Shown piece by piece: positions 19,759 through 28,674 of a stretch of DNA of 64,000 nt. The notes beneath the pieces were generated by a model that saw nothing but the letters and a program-made list of their open reading frames with translations, was not told the DNA's origin and searched no databases. This stretch comes from a virus (taxonomy: Duplodnaviria; Caudoviricetes): IMG/VR virus record IMGVR_UViG_3300005973_000002. One strand, written 5' to 3'. A program made the position numbers and the translations under genes. Each line of letters starts with the position of its first letter. The first letter of the stretch is position 1.

Positions 19759-20445
19759 GTGATTTACACGTCTAATAGCTTACTTGAAACTTTAATAACA
19801 AAAGAAGTTTCTTCAATTCTTGAATCATTCAGAGGCTTTGATTTAGAAAAGTTAAAGCGATTAGAATATCCAAGAGAAATGACAGAATATGCCAGAAAAT
19901 ATCTTCCTAGGCTCGGCGCTGGTTCCTCTAGAGAAGTTTTCGGTTGGAAAGCTGGTAAAGTAATAAAGATAGTTCATTCCCATCATAACACTTTTCAAAA
20001 TAAAGAAGAGATTGGAGTGTATGTCAATAATCCAAATTTGCGACCGTATCTTGCCAAGATATTCGATTTCGATCAGCAGAATTATTATTGGATAATAGCT
20101 GAAGGTGTGCAGGTTATCATTGATAATGCACACTTACGTAACAAATTTACTTTACCCGAACAAATATTAACTCAATTTATGCTTCGGATGAGGAAAAACA
20201 ATCTTCCGTTTGAGGAAGTTTTAGAAGAGGCACTTGAAAGCTATAATGAAAGCTATGCTGATTTCTACGTAAAGGGTCCAAAATCTGTATCTAAAGAAGA
20301 TTTAAATTCGCTTGATTTAGAGCTGTATAAAAAATTTTTTGACTTAACTAGAATGGGCATCGATGATATCGATCGCTATGACCACTGGGGCATGACAACA
20401 TCTGGACGCATTGTTGTAGTTGATTATGGATTGACGAATGAATAA
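19759..20445 (+). CDS. protein-kinase-like fold protein
   Basis: LGAGSSREVF Gly loop, KVIKI, helix-C Glu, D..D.WG catalytic loop, VVDYG. Confidence 0.75.
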   Translation: MIYTSNSLLETLITKEVSSILESFRGFDLEKLKRLEYPREMTEYARKYLPRLGAGSSREVFGWKAGKVIKIVHSHHNTFQNKEEIGVYVNNPNLRPYLAKIFDFDQQNYYWIIAEGVQVIIDNAHLRNKFTLPEQILTQFMLRMRKNNLPFEEVLEEALESYNESYADFYVKGPKSVSKEDLNSLDLELYKKFFDLTRMGIDDIDRYDHWGMTTSGRIVVVDYGLTNE

Positions 20446-21379
20446 TATTAAACTAAAAAGCCTAATTGAAAGTTTGGCTACGGACATTATTTTTGAAGCT
20501 ATCAATAAGTCGCCAAATGTATTTTGGCTGGTGACAGGAGTTAGTAATAGAAATCCCGAACGTATGGAGCAGCTTGCATCGGGAATCTTGCCAGGCGTTA
20601 AAGGCATTTCCGACAATAAAAAGATTCTCATGCATTTCCTTGGTATAGGAAGGAATGCAGTTTTAGTCATGCCTGCTTCAAAAGTTATTGAATTAAACGA
20701 CATATACAAAATTGACTACGAAGAACCTGAAGATTTGCTTGACAACGATATGATGCTGTTGTCAAGAATTTGGAACAAAGAACATGGAACCCCGATGGGT
20801 CGTCGAGGTGTTTTAGTAAATTTATCAGATAGGATTGCTGAAATTTTGAAGAAGAATTCAGACAGGAACATTTCTTCTATTGGCTCGGCAATTACAGGCG
20901 GTTACATTTCTCTGGAATCTAATGTACCGGAAATAAACAGTGTTACAGATCTTGCGGAGCATGTTAGAGAACGAGTTTTGGAAGGTTCTAACCAATTTAA
21001 CAGAGAAAAAAGAGAACGACTTCCTTTACAGTGGTGGAAACGAGTGGTTTCTGACGCTGTAATTGCTGGTATGCGCACATATCGCTCCGAAGGTGAGTGG
21101 GTAGTTGAAAATGATACACTCAGGGTTCCCGAAGGTTCTAGGTTGCTCGTAACGGTTACCAAACGTCCTCAAGATTTTCCTGGAGAGGTGCGAGCGCAAT
21201 TAAAAATGGGTGAGTTCCCAGGCTTTAAAGGAATAACACAAGCGCATATTTATTCCGGGCATATCATCGCAACTGTTTACAAGTATGGTTTAGATAAACG
21301 ATATGATGTAAGGTTTATAGATGCAAAGAAGTTTGAAGAAATTCAACTTAAACTACAGATGAAGCACCAATACGGATGA
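20438..21379 (+). CDS. hypothetical protein with LKSLIE..IFEA leader
   Basis: 313-aa ORF. Confidence 0.75.
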   Translation: MNNIKLKSLIESLATDIIFEAINKSPNVFWLVTGVSNRNPERMEQLASGILPGVKGISDNKKILMHFLGIGRNAVLVMPASKVIELNDIYKIDYEEPEDLLDNDMMLLSRIWNKEHGTPMGRRGVLVNLSDRIAEILKKNSDRNISSIGSAITGGYISLESNVPEINSVTDLAEHVRERVLEGSNQFNREKRERLPLQWWKRVVSDAVIAGMRTYRSEGEWVVENDTLRVPEGSRLLVTVTKRPQDFPGEVRAQLKMGEFPGFKGITQAHIYSGHIIATVYKYGLDKRYDVRFIDAKKFEEIQLKLQMKHQYG

Positions 21380-22044
21380 AACATTTAATCAAAATGATGG
21401 TAGAACAAGTTCTTGACGAACTTATCAGTTCAAAGGAGCCTACGGTTTACTTTGACATGGATGGTGTGCTGGCTGATTTCCAGGGTAAAGTTGAGCAAGA
21501 CATTGCCTATCAACGAGCCAAACAAGAATTTGAAAATTTAGCAGCCAAAGCTAAGCCGGAATTGCTTTCAGTACATACTGACGATTTAAAGGACATCTTC
21601 AAAGGCCGACAAGAAGATCCGGTGATGGCTAAATTAAAAAAGCTTTGGAATAAAAAACGCAATGCTTCATATGCCGTTGCTGGAAAACTTGGTCATTTTA
21701 AAAATCTTGATATTTTACCTGGCGCTAAAGAAATGATGATGGCAGCAGCTGATCTAACTAGAAAAAAGCCACACATCCTTACAGCTCCGATGGAAAGTCA
21801 TTCCAGATGCGAAGAAGAGAAAAGAGAGTGGGTTGACGAGCATTTAGCAGGTTTGTTTGATCAGTTTCATTGCACCCAGGACAAACATAATTTTGCCAAC
21901 AATGAGTGGGATATTCTTATTGATGACCGACCAAAATATGTAAATAAGTTCCGTGACGCCGGGGGTACTGCAATACTACATGTTGATCCAGGTGAAACTA
22001 TACAAAAGCTGCAAGAGTTGATTGCTAATTTGAAGGCGCAATAG
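21376..22044 (+). CDS. HAD 5'(3')-deoxyribonucleotidase (NT5C-like) with leader
   Basis: FDMDGVLADF, ILTAP, K..W, ILIDD motifs. Confidence 0.88.
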   Translation: MKHLIKMMVEQVLDELISSKEPTVYFDMDGVLADFQGKVEQDIAYQRAKQEFENLAAKAKPELLSVHTDDLKDIFKGRQEDPVMAKLKKLWNKKRNASYAVAGKLGHFKNLDILPGAKEMMMAAADLTRKKPHILTAPMESHSRCEEEKREWVDEHLAGLFDQFHCTQDKHNFANNEWDILIDDRPKYVNKFRDAGGTAILHVDPGETIQKLQELIANLKAQ

Positions 22045-22064
22045 CGTGAAGGGTATTTGTCTAC

Positions 22065-23921
22065 ATGACCAAGTCACTTGAAAAATTGATTGAAGAGCTT
22101 GCAAAGGAAGCGTTGGATGAGGCTAATGCTATTTCTGCTGGTGGTGGTTCTTTACAACCTTCAGGCCAAGTAAGTGGAACCGGGGGAAACCCTCTTGGGA
22201 GAGATATGTCTGATCAACATGAAATAATGTGGTCGGGCGACGAGCCAGAAAAAAAGAAAAGAAGTTTAAAAGAAGAGGTTCTTGAGGAAGACGATCTCGA
22301 CGAGATAAGCGCTATTGGCACTGGAGCTGTTGTAGGTTATACCTTACCTCTTGGTATGAAACCTGACCATGAAACAATGGGGACCAAGAAGAAGAAAAAG
22401 AAAAGACCTAGACGCTGGTATGACGTGCATAAGGAATCACGAAATCGAACGAGGAAAAACGAACAGGTTCGAATTAAAGTATATAATGAAAAAAAAGAAA
22501 AAGTCGCTACAGCAGCAATAAAGTTTGATGGTAAAATTGCATTTTTAGATAGTGTATTCGTTGTCCCTGAGTATCATAAACAAGGGATTGGAAAACAACT
22601 TTACAAGGAAGCCAATGTTGAAGCAAAAAAACAATTTGGAGTTCCTTTAACATCAAGTGATTTCTTGACTCCGCATTCAAAAAAGATGTGGTATCACTTA
22701 TCCAAAGAAGGCGCTGCCAACAAGGTTAGTGAATCTTATCAAATGAAAGAAAGAGAGCTTGATGAGCAAGTTAGGATGCCTGGCAAATACAATTGGGGGC
22801 TGCATCCAATAGAAGGGCCACACTGGTGGAAGCATTTTTCAAAAACAGCAGACAAGATGGTTTTTGCACCTCACGCACTGACTCAAGAAGCATATGAAGA
22901 GCATAATTTGGACATTGAAGACAAAGGTATATGGGGACCAGCATCAATGTTGCGTGGACCTTCCAGACTGGTACTAGCCTACCCTAAAGAAAAAAAGATA
23001 GATATTCTTACAAACCTTAGGGATCCCAGACTAGCTTACCTACTTTCTACGAGTTTGAAATATATTCCAGAGCTTGCCGACTTCAAAGTTTATTTGGCAT
23101 CAAAATCCCCCATGTATGATGAAGACAAATTTTTGGGTAACCCTAAAGAGTTGTTAGCAAAGATTAAAGTAATTTCTGGAAGATCGCCACAATGGTCACG
23201 AGACGATGATAAAGTAGAATACACTGAGTTCAAATTTGAAGTCTTGGAAGATGTAGATGATGTTGATTGGTATCATGCAACAAGCCTTAAAAACTTAGAT
23301 TCAATAAAATCAAAAGGACTATTAACATCAAAGGAGTTTGAACAAGGCACTGGTTGGACACAGCTCAATCTACATTTGCAAGACGCAGTATATTTGACCT
23401 CTGATGAAGACTATGCACTAAGAATTGCTGAAACATTATTGGCTAGAACTGGAGTACCAGGTCTTGTCTTGAAGGTTTCAGGGCAAGCCCTAAAAGATAA
23501 AGAAAAGCTTATTGTTGATGAAGACCGTCTGAGAAATCAATATGACAGTATGTTATCCGCCGGTGAATTATTGGCTGGCATGCCTGATTATTTAAGTTCT
23601 GTGTTGGATTCGAAACTCGAAGCAGTTGGATACAAAGGAAAGATTGATCCTGGGTTCATTTCACCAGCATATGTTGTTGATGTTGAAAGAGATGAAGAGG
23701 GTAATTTTGCGGGCGAAGAAGCTGACATCTACACTTGGCAAGAGTGGAAAGCAAACTCAAGAAAGGTTGATGAAGAGTTTATTGGAAAACGAGGTGGTGT
23801 AAGCTATTTCCAAATTGGGGGTTCTTTGCCTGACCATCTATACAATAGAACCGATGATGGCAAACCAACGAGAGATCCGGGGGTTGTAGGACTTAAAAGA
23901 CCTAAAAAAAAGAAAAAATGA
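22065..23921 (+). CDS. multidomain protein: Gly/Lys repeats + GNAT + unknown + Tpt1/DarT-like ART fold
   Basis: VFVVPEYHKQGIGKQLY (GNAT motif A); WYHATSLKNLDSIKSKGL...VYLT...YKGKIDP (ART-like). Confidence 0.7.
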   Translation: MTKSLEKLIEELAKEALDEANAISAGGGSLQPSGQVSGTGGNPLGRDMSDQHEIMWSGDEPEKKKRSLKEEVLEEDDLDEISAIGTGAVVGYTLPLGMKPDHETMGTKKKKKKRPRRWYDVHKESRNRTRKNEQVRIKVYNEKKEKVATAAIKFDGKIAFLDSVFVVPEYHKQGIGKQLYKEANVEAKKQFGVPLTSSDFLTPHSKKMWYHLSKEGAANKVSESYQMKERELDEQVRMPGKYNWGLHPIEGPHWWKHFSKTADKMVFAPHALTQEAYEEHNLDIEDKGIWGPASMLRGPSRLVLAYPKEKKIDILTNLRDPRLAYLLSTSLKYIPELADFKVYLASKSPMYDEDKFLGNPKELLAKIKVISGRSPQWSRDDDKVEYTEFKFEVLEDVDDVDWYHATSLKNLDSIKSKGLLTSKEFEQGTGWTQLNLHLQDAVYLTSDEDYALRIAETLLARTGVPGLVLKVSGQALKDKEKLIVDEDRLRNQYDSMLSAGELLAGMPDYLSSVLDSKLEAVGYKGKIDPGFISPAYVVDVERDEEGNFAGEEADIYTWQEWKANSRKVDEEFIGKRGGVSYFQIGGSLPDHLYNRTDDGKPTRDPGVVGLKRPKKKKK

Positions 23922-24135
23922 AGTCTGAAGGGCTTTGGCACTCTTGTGAAACCGTTTGGAAAGAATGAAGTGTGCCAAAAATTTTGACATTGCAACCAAA
24001 TACATTCATGAATAGAAATTTATTCATATTTTTATGAACGGCAGTTTGAGTATATGTAATATTATAGTTGGGACATAGCATCATGATGTGTGTGGAATCC
24101 TGACGTTGTTCAAAGTTTTTCTCTACTTAAAGAGG

Positions 24136-25944
24136 ATGAAGCCGAGTCTTAAATCGATATTTTTTGGTGAGGGAATTGTACCGCAAGGTGATGCTGATGA
24201 GCGTCCGCTCCATGGGGCTCCTGTTTATTACTATCCTACAGGTCGTTCTCTGCCAAAAAAACTCCAGGATCAAGGGGCTTTGAAAAAGGCCAGGAAATGG
24301 AATGAAGATAACAGTCTTCTTGACGTTGATAACCTTGAGAAAAAAACTAAAAAGAAGAAGCGCTGGTACGCCTCTGAGGCGAAAAGCAAGAACACAAGTG
24401 CAAATTCAAACGAAACTTCTCTCAAAGAGTTTAATGCTTTATCAACTGCGGCAATCGAAGCTTCTAATATCCCACCAGGAGCTTGGGATAGAGACGATGC
24501 TCCTCGTATTGACCAAAAAAAGATCAAGAAAAATAAAGAATATGTTAAAAAACTAGACGTAACTGAAGTTGAAGGTAAAAACGGGATTGATGTTCACATC
24601 GATCACATGGATCCGCAATATAAAAGACAAGTAAGTATCGTTAAAAATCCCGAAGACCCAATTGAATGGAAAGAACCTGAATATCTTGATGGTCGAGGTG
24701 AGCATCGTATTTCACAATTGGGCTACGCCAAGATTGCTGATCGTCAAGGTGATCTTAAGATGGATGTATATCTGGCGCCCTACGATCCAAATTGGCGGCG
24801 CTCTGAAGATATGATGCAGCAGGTAATCAAGCATTGGATCGCAAATCATGGCAACCGTGATCGTATTATGCCTGAACCAGATGCTACAATGTTTGTTTCA
24901 ATCAAAGAAGAATGGGAATCACTCAAGAACGAACTTTTTTCTGAGGCTGCTCTTGACAGCAGTGAAAACATCGAGCAACATTTGAAAAAACGAGGCTTGG
25001 ACCCTGAAAAAACAAAGGTTATTATAGACATTGCTACAAACACCGCAGTGTTTCTGCTCTATAACCTCTCGGGTAAATTAATTGGTTACCAACAGTATTT
25101 GCCATCAGGGTCGAAAAAAACCAAGGCTGGCGAGGATCCAAGATTAGCTAAATATTTTACCTGGATTTCACGTGAAGGTGAAACAAACAAAAGAAAAGCA
25201 TTAGGCGTATGGGGACTTGAAAGTGTTGATGAGCGCCCATTTATTTTTATTACCGAAGGCATCTTTGATGCTATAAAACTTCAAAACGAAGGTTTGCCTG
25301 CGATAGCATCTTTGACCAATGATCCAAAGCTCCTTCGTCCTTGGTTGAAAGCAATGCAAAAGTACATAATTGTCGTTGCTGATAACGATGCAGCAGGAAG
25401 AAAGCTTAAAAAGCTTGGCGACCTTGCTCTAACAACACCGGAACCATACAAAGATCTTGGAGAGATGCCACAAAACAAAGTCAGGGATTGGTTGTCGACA
25501 GCGGTACCAACCTCAATTTTAGAAAATAAAAATATTGCAAATGAATTGTGGCGTACTCTAAAAGAGTATTACCCGCACGACCCAGCCGTCAATTACCACG
25601 AAACTGAACCAGGTGTTGAAGGTGAATTTTACTCGATGACTGAAACATATTACCATGGAACAAATCGAGAATTTGCTCCGGGTGATTACATCTTGCCGCC
25701 TGCTGAGACTGGTGAAATTTCTGAAAAGGGAAGAAAAAAGAACTTGGACAAGGTGTTTTTCACTTTGGACAAAGGCAGTGCAAAGATATATGCCGGTCGA
25801 GCTACCAAGTCCTTTGGTACTGGCAGTCCTAATATTTACAAGGTTCAACCTATTGGTTCGATCGAATGGCTTAACAAACAAAAAGGCACAACTGTTTTGA
25901 TGGCACCAATGGCAAAAGTCATTGAAAAGGTTAGTAATCAGTAG
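24136..25944 (+). CDS. multidomain protein: unknown N-terminal part + DnaG-type Toprim + Arr-like ADP-ribosyltransferase
   Basis: ITEGIFDA, VADNDAAG, KDLGE (Toprim); YYHGT..F.PGD.ILP...VFFT...IYKVQP.G (Arr-like); AGAGG SD before ATG 24136. Confidence 0.75.
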   Translation: MKPSLKSIFFGEGIVPQGDADERPLHGAPVYYYPTGRSLPKKLQDQGALKKARKWNEDNSLLDVDNLEKKTKKKKRWYASEAKSKNTSANSNETSLKEFNALSTAAIEASNIPPGAWDRDDAPRIDQKKIKKNKEYVKKLDVTEVEGKNGIDVHIDHMDPQYKRQVSIVKNPEDPIEWKEPEYLDGRGEHRISQLGYAKIADRQGDLKMDVYLAPYDPNWRRSEDMMQQVIKHWIANHGNRDRIMPEPDATMFVSIKEEWESLKNELFSEAALDSSENIEQHLKKRGLDPEKTKVIIDIATNTAVFLLYNLSGKLIGYQQYLPSGSKKTKAGEDPRLAKYFTWISREGETNKRKALGVWGLESVDERPFIFITEGIFDAIKLQNEGLPAIASLTNDPKLLRPWLKAMQKYIIVVADNDAAGRKLKKLGDLALTTPEPYKDLGEMPQNKVRDWLSTAVPTSILENKNIANELWRTLKEYYPHDPAVNYHETEPGVEGEFYSMTETYYHGTNREFAPGDYILPPAETGEISEKGRKKNLDKVFFTLDKGSAKIYAGRATKSFGTGSPNIYKVQPIGSIEWLNKQKGTTVLMAPMAKVIEKVSNQ

Positions 25945-26632
25945 TTTCCAACCCCGCCTTTTCTATAATTGACAATCCGACATTGGAAAGAAGAACTGTT
26001 TGGTTTTTCGTATTTATTTCTCCAACATAAACCAAAGTAGTTGGTTCTGTTAGCCAACTTTCTTTTGTTTCGTCAGCATCTGGAACACAGTGTTCGAAGT
26101 CACTGGAAAGATAGTGCGGCAATCCAGCGGGCGTTACTTTACCACGACCCCGAGGGCCTCTGTCCAACCACTGTCTAACGGTTGCGTTAGCTGGTGCTTT
26201 AATTTCACCAGCCTCAAGTTTGTCTTCGAGCCATTTTGACATCGCAAAATCGGTATTGTACTGCATGTCATCAGTTTTAGGACAACCTTCTTGTTTTGCT
26301 TTAACATCCGGTTGACCAAATCCTGCATATAAATGTAGCCATTCACCTGGGGCATGTTGTCCTTCAATAGATTCAAGTGCATTTTTCACGTCAGGTGCTA
26401 CAGAAATTCGACTCGTAAAATCATCTTCTATAATGTTCCCTTCATCATCTTCGTAAGGATAGCGTGGCAATCTTGGAGTAAAGGTGAACGAATCCTCGGT
26501 AGACAGCTTTGCAGATGATATGTGAAAAAACCCGAATACTTTCTTAAGTTTTTCAGCGTCTACCAATTGTGGCGATATTCCTTCATAAAGAAAACGTTTC
26601 CACTTCTCTTCCCACGATTGTTGTTTACGCAT
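25931..26632 (-). CDS. hypothetical protein, possible ART fold
   Basis: 233-aa ORF; FHIS, FTPR.P, RISVA, VPDA..T.E.W pattern. Confidence 0.6.
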   Translation of the reverse strand: MRKQQSWEEKWKRFLYEGISPQLVDAEKLKKVFGFFHISSAKLSTEDSFTFTPRLPRYPYEDDEGNIIEDDFTSRISVAPDVKNALESIEGQHAPGEWLHLYAGFGQPDVKAKQEGCPKTDDMQYNTDFAMSKWLEDKLEAGEIKAPANATVRQWLDRGPRGRGKVTPAGLPHYLSSDFEHCVPDADETKESWLTEPTTLVYVGEINTKNQTVLLSNVGLSIIEKAGLETTDY

Positions 26633-26654
26633 ACAAGTAAGTAGTTACATCAAA

Positions 26655-27026
26655 TTGGATACCTGGTATACTCGATCAATGGGATTCCTAAGTAAATTCT
26701 TTAAAAAGAAAATAAAAAAACCGACAAGGGAAGTTTTAAAAGAGCTAATTCCTGGCGATTTAGTTTACATTAAGTTTAAAGCACCTCCCGATATTGGAAT
26801 TGTCAGTGGACATGACTTATCATTAATGAGGCTAAACCCCTTAGAAGCCTCTAAAAGAGAAATTGTGGGCACAATTTCTTTTAACAAAACAATGGAAGCT
26901 CCTTTGTTTTCTAGAGTAATTGAAATAGTAACCTTATCAAGTCCAGATATGCCTGGCAAAACCAGAAGAATGACATTCTTAGAAGATGAAATTGAGATTG
27001 TGAGGAAAATAAAAAATGAGCAATGA
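26655..27026 (+). CDS. hypothetical protein
   Basis: 123-aa ORF. Confidence 0.6.
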   Translation: MDTWYTRSMGFLSKFFKKKIKKPTREVLKELIPGDLVYIKFKAPPDIGIVSGHDLSLMRLNPLEASKREIVGTISFNKTMEAPLFSRVIEIVTLSSPDMPGKTRRMTFLEDEIEIVRKIKNEQ

Positions 27027-27747
27027 TGCTAACGAAAACACATTTGGAGTTGACAATAAAGTTGAACTGATCGGGTATTATGGATCAGACCTGACTCATG
27101 CCTTGTCCGCTTGGACATCCACTTCACGTGATCTTGACACGGTAGACAAAAACGGCAAAACAAAACGAGAACGTGCTCCAGCATTACTCAACATGTTGGC
27201 CTCTGAGGGCCATCATTCTCCCTTTGAAAAAAGCTCACTGCATTTTTTAGTGACTTCAGATATCGCAAGCCACATTCATATTTTGAAACATCGTGTAGGA
27301 GTTTCTGTCAATGGAGAAAGTGCAAGATACAAAGAATTAAAAGATGATAAGCTTTACATGCCCTTGGAATGGCCAGAAGAAGAGAAAGAAAATTATCTTC
27401 GTCACATGGAAGAGACATACAGAAATTATCACAGATCATTAAAGTCTCTCACAGAACACTATATTTCAGTTGAAGGACTTGATAAGCGAAATGCTCGAAA
27501 ACGTGCTAAAGAGTGTGCAAGGTTTTACTTGCCTTATGGCAATCAAATTACTTGTGATGTAATGTTTAATTTTCGAAGTTTTGCTCACTTTATTAATCTT
27601 CGATATAGTAATCATGCACAAAGAGAAATTTGTAATCTTGCAAGACAAATGCTTGAGCAGGTTCAAGCAACAGGAGACTTTGACGAAACATTAAAAGCTT
27701 TTGGATTTGTAGACAACAATGGTGTAATCGTTCCACCATTTGAATAA
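27016..27747 (+). CDS. thyX: FAD-dependent thymidylate synthase
   Basis: GHHSPFE, KHRVGVSVNGESARY, ARFYLP, NFRSF..FI.LR, AQREI. Confidence 0.95.
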   Translation: MSNDANENTFGVDNKVELIGYYGSDLTHALSAWTSTSRDLDTVDKNGKTKRERAPALLNMLASEGHHSPFEKSSLHFLVTSDIASHIHILKHRVGVSVNGESARYKELKDDKLYMPLEWPEEEKENYLRHMEETYRNYHRSLKSLTEHYISVEGLDKRNARKRAKECARFYLPYGNQITCDVMFNFRSFAHFINLRYSNHAQREICNLARQMLEQVQATGDFDETLKAFGFVDNNGVIVPPFE

Positions 27748-27977
27748 TGGTCAAAGGCGAACTCAAACGTGAAATCAAACGAACTGCTTTGCAAATAAGA
27801 CTTCTTGAAGATGCACTTTTGAAGTTCGCTACACAATTGAAGATATCTACCCTCAAACCTACAGGCGCCCTATCTTCGGTAACCAAATCATATGCTGATC
27901 TTCAATGGTTAAAGAAAAAAGTAAAGTATTTGAAAGTATTGTTATGGATAGAAGAAAAAAAAGAGGATACAGATTGA
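27747..27977 (+). CDS. hypothetical protein
   Basis: 76-aa ORF with TAATG coupling. Confidence 0.55.
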   Translation: MVKGELKREIKRTALQIRLLEDALLKFATQLKISTLKPTGALSSVTKSYADLQWLKKKVKYLKVLLWIEEKKEDTD

Positions 27978-28396
27978 TGATTCAATCTGGACTATCTGAA
28001 GAACAGTTTGAGGCTGCAATGAAGTTTGCATCAAACTGGCGTGATGATATGGAAAAAACAAACTTCTCTTGGAAAAATCGAACAAGAGGTGGGTGGGCAT
28101 CTGAACTCAGACGTCATGCTTATGGATATGTTATCAAAGTGGATGGTCATGGACACCATCGACATGTCTCTTCCCAATCAGAATCAGCAAACTTGCTGTT
28201 CAGACGTGTATCTGTTAGGCGACGTATATTCGGCATTGTAAAGGAAGATGAGGTTATAAAGGTCAAATCCGATCCTGAAAACGATCCGGGCTGTCCTTGT
28301 CTTCGCTGTACTCGCTTGGAAAAGTTTGGTTGGAAAAATGGAACAGCTCCAGAAATGTACACACTTTTCGAATTTGGGGAAATTGAAGGCCAATGA
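27977..28396 (+). CDS. hypothetical protein
   Basis: ATG 27977 coupled to upstream TGA, AGAGG SD. Confidence 0.6.
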   Translation: MIQSGLSEEQFEAAMKFASNWRDDMEKTNFSWKNRTRGGWASELRRHAYGYVIKVDGHGHHRHVSSQSESANLLFRRVSVRRRIFGIVKEDEVIKVKSDPENDPGCPCLRCTRLEKFGWKNGTAPEMYTLFEFGEIEGQ

Positions 28397-28674
28397 ATGA
28401 ACGGATAAGAACTTGGTTTTATCTCAATACTTCTCCAGAAATGCGACAAGATATGAAGGTCATATACAAACTAGATGAAAAGTTTTTTATACCTTTTATC
28501 GAGAGAGCGGGAGCTGAACACATCCTGAATAAGAATCTCAATTTCAGATTGCAATATCACGGAAGTAGTATGGGAGCTGATAGTTTAACTCATCATCATA
28601 TGTCTGTTGCTATTATTCAAGACAATGAAGCAATTTACAGCGAACAATACACTGTAACGAATAGGACAGCGTAG
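28393..28674 (+). CDS. hypothetical protein
   Basis: 93-aa ORF, ATGA overlap. Confidence 0.6.
   Translation: MNERIRTWFYLNTSPEMRQDMKVIYKLDEKFFIPFIERAGAEHILNKNLNFRLQYHGSSMGADSLTHHHMSVAIIQDNEAIYSEQYTVTNRTA

Noticed and set aside
23934-24035. Inverted repeats TTTGGCAC/GTGCCAAA and ATGAATA/TATTCAT as an ncRNA
   Set aside because: Only 7-8 bp in AT-rich DNA and no further support; may be weak terminators.
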